Made by a program: the position numbers and the translations under genes. A stretch of 64,000 nt of DNA. It comes from Octopus bimaculoides (taxonomy: Eukaryota). A model generated the notes under the pieces. The model did no database searches, was not told the DNA's origin, and saw only the letters and a program-made list of their open reading frames with translations. Where the stretch lies: the NCBI RefSeq assembly GCF_001194135.2, contig NC_068984.1:26585455-26649454 (forward strand), written 5' to 3'. This document shows positions 63,006-64,000 of this stretch, piece after piece (within the stretch, counting starts at the first letter, position 1; each line of letters begins with the position of its first letter).

Positions 63006-63771
63006 AGCCCTAACATTTCAGGAGGTATGAGAGGTGAATATATTTATTTAACTGCTTGTCATACTTAGGATTATGACTGCCTTACAGCCTTTAACGTACA
63101 GTAATAATTGCAGTGTATAATAAATAATTTTACATGTCTGCACTAATGTGCATGCTACGCATTGTACAATACACTTGTATATTTATAAATCAGTGCAAAT
63201 AAAGAAAGCTAGCTCATCAGATCGCTAGGACATCATGGCTACACTAATTCTTTAACTCTAAGTATACATCCAAAATTTACTCTTTATATATACAATGTAT
63301 GGAAGGCTAATACTAGATGAAAGTAGTTTGATATGGCTATTGAAAATAAACATAAATAATAAAGATATTTTGTTTCATGTCACTTAACGTGTTTGATCTA
63401 CGTTCAGTGAATGAACTATTCCCAGTATTTACAAAAGACTGGAAGAGATTGGAGGGGAATCAAAGTAGTTATATCAATTTTTTAAAAAAATTTGAAAGTA
63501 TATAAAAGTACATACAAAAATGTAATAAAATATAATTTAAATGAATTCAAAAGGAAAGAGACAGCTGAAGATAAGACTAAAAGATAGTATTAAACAAAAA
63601 TATTTTCAAATTGGGTTAAAGTTCAGAAGACCTCAAAATATTTTCTATCTAAATGAATTGTGAAACCAAAACAGTATTTACATCTACATAGAAGCATATA
63701 AAACCACATACATACATATGCACACAATATAAATATGAATATACCTACACACCTCTATGTATAAGGATATA

Positions 63772-64000
63772 TACGAGGTGAGTTCAAAAAACATCCAACC
63801 ATATTTTTCCCGCCAAAATTAATACCGTGTGAATAAAATCTTTTGAGTGGGAGGTGACGCAACCCTTCCTGCACGTGTATGAATATTTTTGCTCGAGTGA
63901 GCCACTTCACTTCCCGGCTGTTACGCCTAGAGTATAGATGTGTAGCGCACGCTCATCGGATTTTCGTTTTCTCGAAGGATGATAACCGAATGGATTGAGC
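63772..64000 (+). mobile_element. 5' end of a mariner element; probable transposase start at 63979, running off the window
   Basis: TA|CGAGGTGAGTTCAAAAA mariner-like terminus; ATG ATA ACC GAA TGG ATT GAG (MITEWIE.., cf. M....EQR..IKF). Confidence 0.6.

Noticed and set aside
1660-63016. Long ORFs of 200-390 aa in the ORF track
   Set aside because: They run through N gaps or simple repeats (CVCV, YIYI, HTHT, poly-I/N/Y) and have no real coding signal.

Overview
Eukaryotic, AT-rich, microsatellite-saturated DNA with many N gaps. I found no host protein-coding gene, rRNA, true tRNA or CRISPR array. The repeat families look like an octopod cephalopod draft assembly, probably Octopus; this is inferred from pattern recognition, not a search. 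Most ORFs in the track are artefacts of N runs and simple repeats. The real coding-like signal is all decayed transposon sequence: Penelope-like elements (RT and GIY-YIG), R4/Dong-like restriction-like-endonuclease (RLE) LINEs, an RTE LINE, a CR1-like LINE and two mariner relics. There are also three MITEs and dozens of tRNA-derived SINE copies from about four families. The best leads are: (1) a Penelope 3' module joining the endonuclease C-terminus, a tRNA-like Pol III head and a minimal hammerhead ribozyme (20110-20490, minus strand); (2) an apparently perfect 269-bp inverted repeat with a 353-bp spacer (17282-18172); (3) R4/Dong-like LINEs sitting in (TAA)n tracts, several of which are the tails of antisense SINEs; (4) dimeric, modular and microsatellite-carrying SINEs. 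Coordinates of decayed elements are approximate (tens of bp).
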